NCBI RefSeq assembly: GCF_025526975.1
Contig: NW_026515668.1
Span: forward strand, 930,001 to 994,000
Source of the DNA: Fimicolochytrium jonesii
Lineage: Eukaryota
Direction: 5' to 3'
DNA: 64,000 bases
Positions within the stretch are counted from its first letter, which is position 1; each line of letters opens with the position of its first letter. The translations under genes were made by a program, and so were the position numbers. Positions 61,057 through 64,000 of this stretch are shown one piece after another. Under the pieces are notes generated by a model. That model saw nothing but the letters and a program-made list of their open reading frames with translations. It ran no database searches and was not told the DNA's origin.

Positions 61057-62787
61057 TGCGGGATGTGGACGGCGTGCGTCTGCGTGTATCGATGTTTCCT
61101 GGCGTTTTGGTGTATATTAGTACGTTCGTCTTTTTTGAGACGGGAGGGGATGGCGCAGTGTAGCGGAAATAGAGATAAAGACACTGTAGGACCTTTGTTG
61201 AGTATGAATGTCTTGGAATCAAACAACCTGCGAAAGTCGAACTCGAGATGGCCCACACAAGATGGTGCAACTTGTAAACAACCGCTCGACATCTGCGAAT
61301 ATTATAGTCCGAATATCATGTTGAATTACGGACTCGCGCTGTGGTGTTCAAATCTGTTGACCTTGCACGTATTGTATTGTACGGCCATTCAAGTCTGCCT
61401 TTGAACGCCTCGCTTCACAGCATAGAAATCGTAGATCTTGGGGATGAAACATCCTTAAAAGGATCAGAAACGCTCAATCTTCATTGAGAAGAGTTGCGGG
61501 CCAGGAAACGGGAAAGTTGTTCAAGAGATGGGTACAAGACTAAGCTGGCTAACACAATCTAATGACTATGAACGGTAACTGATACATCGTCGGTTACACT
61601 GCTTCTTCCTCTTCTAATAGTCTTCCTCCGCTCGATACGATGTTCGCGTGGCTCCGGACAACACGATGGTCAGGTCGCAAGTGCCTCTCTGATACTCTTC
61701 GGCGTCTGAGTCGCGTGCCCAGGAGTATCCCGTCCATCGTCGTGTAATGGGCCGGCGTACGGTGACAACAGCGAGAACGTAAACCTTCAATCTGCCCTGG
61801 ATGGATATCGCGCGTATGATCGCCAGTATTGCGCTAGGTGGAGCGTAGATTTCACTGTTCCCAAGCCAGCCTTGTAGATATTCTCGTCATTGTCCGCCGC
61901 GAGCTTGTCCCCTGTATCCAGCAAGGCCAGCAATGTCCGCATTGCGTCCAAACGAAAAACGCCGATGCTGCTTGACCTCAGCAAACAACGTGCGGGAAAA
62001 TCTTGGTGGTCGTCCAGTTCGCTCGTTGACATAGCTGTCGACACGGACTTTCATGACGTCCAACCATAGCTCCAGAGTAATGGGTTCGTTCAACGCCCAG
62101 TAGATCAAAGTGCTCCCAAGCGGCACATGAAACTTATGCCCGGCAATTTCAAGTAACAGGCCCGCCGACATTCGGCTGACAACGGGATATACGACCTGGG
62201 CTTTTGCACCGCAAGCAAGGCAATTGGTGCCCATGATCAGAGACAAGAAGCGACTGTAGGGCGCCTCGAAGAATGTCGTAGGTGTATTGGGGATTGTGCG
62301 GGCTTTTGATTGACAAGATCGTCGAGCTGTCAAGATGAAATGGCCAGGGAAGGCGCCGACATCACTACATTATACCTACTATACCTACTATTTCATTGTA
62401 CCTACTATATACATGGCGTTTCTTCCCACCTTTCTTTGAGTAGTATGCATGACTTCATGAGAGTGGAGTGATGTGTGGGGTGATGGATGGCGTCGTTGTG
62501 ACGTATGGAAGGGTTTTTGGGGAAATAGTTTTACTTTCTCTTAAATCTAATGCATATAGTATCTGCGCTTCCTCCAAAAATGCGACCCAGAGCCGGTCTC
62601 CCTCCGCTCGTCCCACGCATATACGCCGAGCAACAGCCGCACTGGCATTCGCCCCGATATCCTTCCTGCTGACGGCCAGGACCCGTTTGCGGCTACGGAT
62701 TGGATTGATCAGGGGAAAGGGAAAGAAAAAGTACGATAACTGTCTCGTCTCAACTTCCATCTGCTCCTCTGCTTGCTCCCCCATCCC

Positions 62788-63274
62788 TCAACGCCCTCCC
62801 GCCGCTCCGGCCGCCCTCTTCTTAACATCCATCTCCGGATCATGGAACACCTTCCTCGCATTATTCAACTCGACCTCCATCGCGAGCAATTCATGCGCGC
62901 GGGCCAGTTTCTTTGGATCCCTCCGCAGCGCATGAAGGAAATCTGATGTTTTCGGTTTGGGTGCCGTCCGTTGTGCCTCAGTGACGAGATCGGAGAGGTA
63001 GGTGAGGAGCAGCTCCTCCATTAGGTCGACGCTGTCGGGGGACGGGTTGTCGGTGTCGCCGAAGCCGTACATTAGCGTGCGGACTGCGGTAAGTAAAAAG
63101 TGAGTGGGCAACCGAATACGGGGTGGGGAAGAAAGACAGGTGGGCTATTGTGGTTCACGAATTCTTACCTTCTCGTGTGAATGGTCGATACAGCTTCTTT
63201 GACCTCTGTTGTTGTTGCTGCTGCTGTTGTGCTGAGTGCTGGTCCCGCGCATCTGTTGCTCCAAAGGAGGCCAT
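62788..63274 (-). CDS. TAF13: TFIID subunit Taf13 (2 exons)
   Basis: FTREVRTLMYGFGD..DSVDLMEELL..DFLHALRRDPKKLARAHELLAM..ARKVF. Confidence 0.93.
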
Positions 63275-64000
63275 TGCGTTTCTTTTCGTGGGGAGCTGCT
63301 GAGCGATGAGTGCAGGATGAGAGCGGTGTTTTGGAGCAGTTGCCGAGCCTTCGATGTTTTCTTTTCACAGACGCAAACCGCCGTGAGATGGCTGTCCAGA
63401 AGGCTCTCACGAAAAAAGCAACTGCGTGCTTTCCAAACAATTCGTAGGCTGGCCTCTAGAGACGCAGCCTAACGCTCCTTCCTTCCCAACGCAATTGCGA
63501 GCATCGTCATCACGGCAATCACCGCACTGCAACTCTGTACTGATCTTGGCTGTTCTGGAGCAAGCAACTGACTTTGACGCATTCACTGTGTCGGAATCAG
63601 CTTGTTCTGCTAGAGTGGTCTACAACAGACATCATCTCTAGCAGTCACGCAAAGCAATTCACAGCCATCTCGACATGTTGTCCTCCCAAACTCTGAAAAG
63701 GCGCAATAAGAAACCAGGATGGAGGATTCTATAGAGTTCATTGCACGTGAGGTTCTTTCCGAGGAGGGTTTAGCAGTGTTGGACTTGGAGAACCTAGACC
63801 TAAGTGAAAAATAGGTACCACGTAGATACCCGGGATACCCAAAATACCCCTGTCATATGGCCTTCTCCCACTCCCATTTGAGGCAAGCTGTGTAATTGAA
63901 GGTTGTGAAGCACGCTCCGCACGCTCGCCGAATGGACCCCTGTTCAGTAACTGAGACGCGACTGTATTACATGTTTAAGAACCAGCCGCCGTTTTGTCGG

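Noticed and set aside
61610..62333. Minus-strand protein-like fragments (…IMGTNCLACGAKAQVVYP…)
   Set aside because: Probably a decayed gene, but neither the family nor the boundaries can be supported.
62455..62787. In-frame ORF after the TAF13 TGA suggesting readthrough
   Set aside because: The stop context TGA-GGG is not a known readthrough motif, and Taf13 is complete before the stop.
1..64000. tRNA or full rRNA genes
   Set aside because: No cloverleaf with A/B boxes or extended rRNA similarity was recognised by eye; tRNAscan-SE/Infernal would be needed to exclude them.

Overview
Gene-dense, intron-rich eukaryotic DNA with short GT-AG introns and CTAAC/CTGAC branch points. It is most consistent with a flagellated (chytrid-type) fungus: it has fungal housekeeping genes plus vasohibin, MORN2-like and CXorf65-like cilia-associated sequences, and TTAGGG repeats. 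About 22 host genes can be read, including BET3, UTP18, hydratase-2/SCP2, MoaC, MOD5, vasohibin, DOHH, THOC5, RPB7, YOS1, proteasome alpha-1, TIP41, fRMsr, ETF-beta, ODC carrier, NNF1, TAF13 and two PPR proteins. There are two degenerate Ty3/gypsy chromodomain LTR retrotransposons: the 3' part of one at 1-3974 and a complete minus-strand element at 32389-38755. The most unusual observation is inside the first element. Between pol and the PPT/3' LTR it carries a ~30-bp tandem array and a three-intron ANTISENSE gene encoding a basic, tandem RING-like Cys/His protein, which the ORF track misses. Other oddities are a 39-nt 28S rRNA helix-68/69 fragment beside telomere-like repeats, five two-orientation TTAGGG clusters (one is the LTR insertion site), an element shared by two long introns, and a copy of the BET3 5' end 45 kb away. 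All calls are by-eye translation and motif recognition; no database searches were run, and internal exon boundaries are approximate unless stated.
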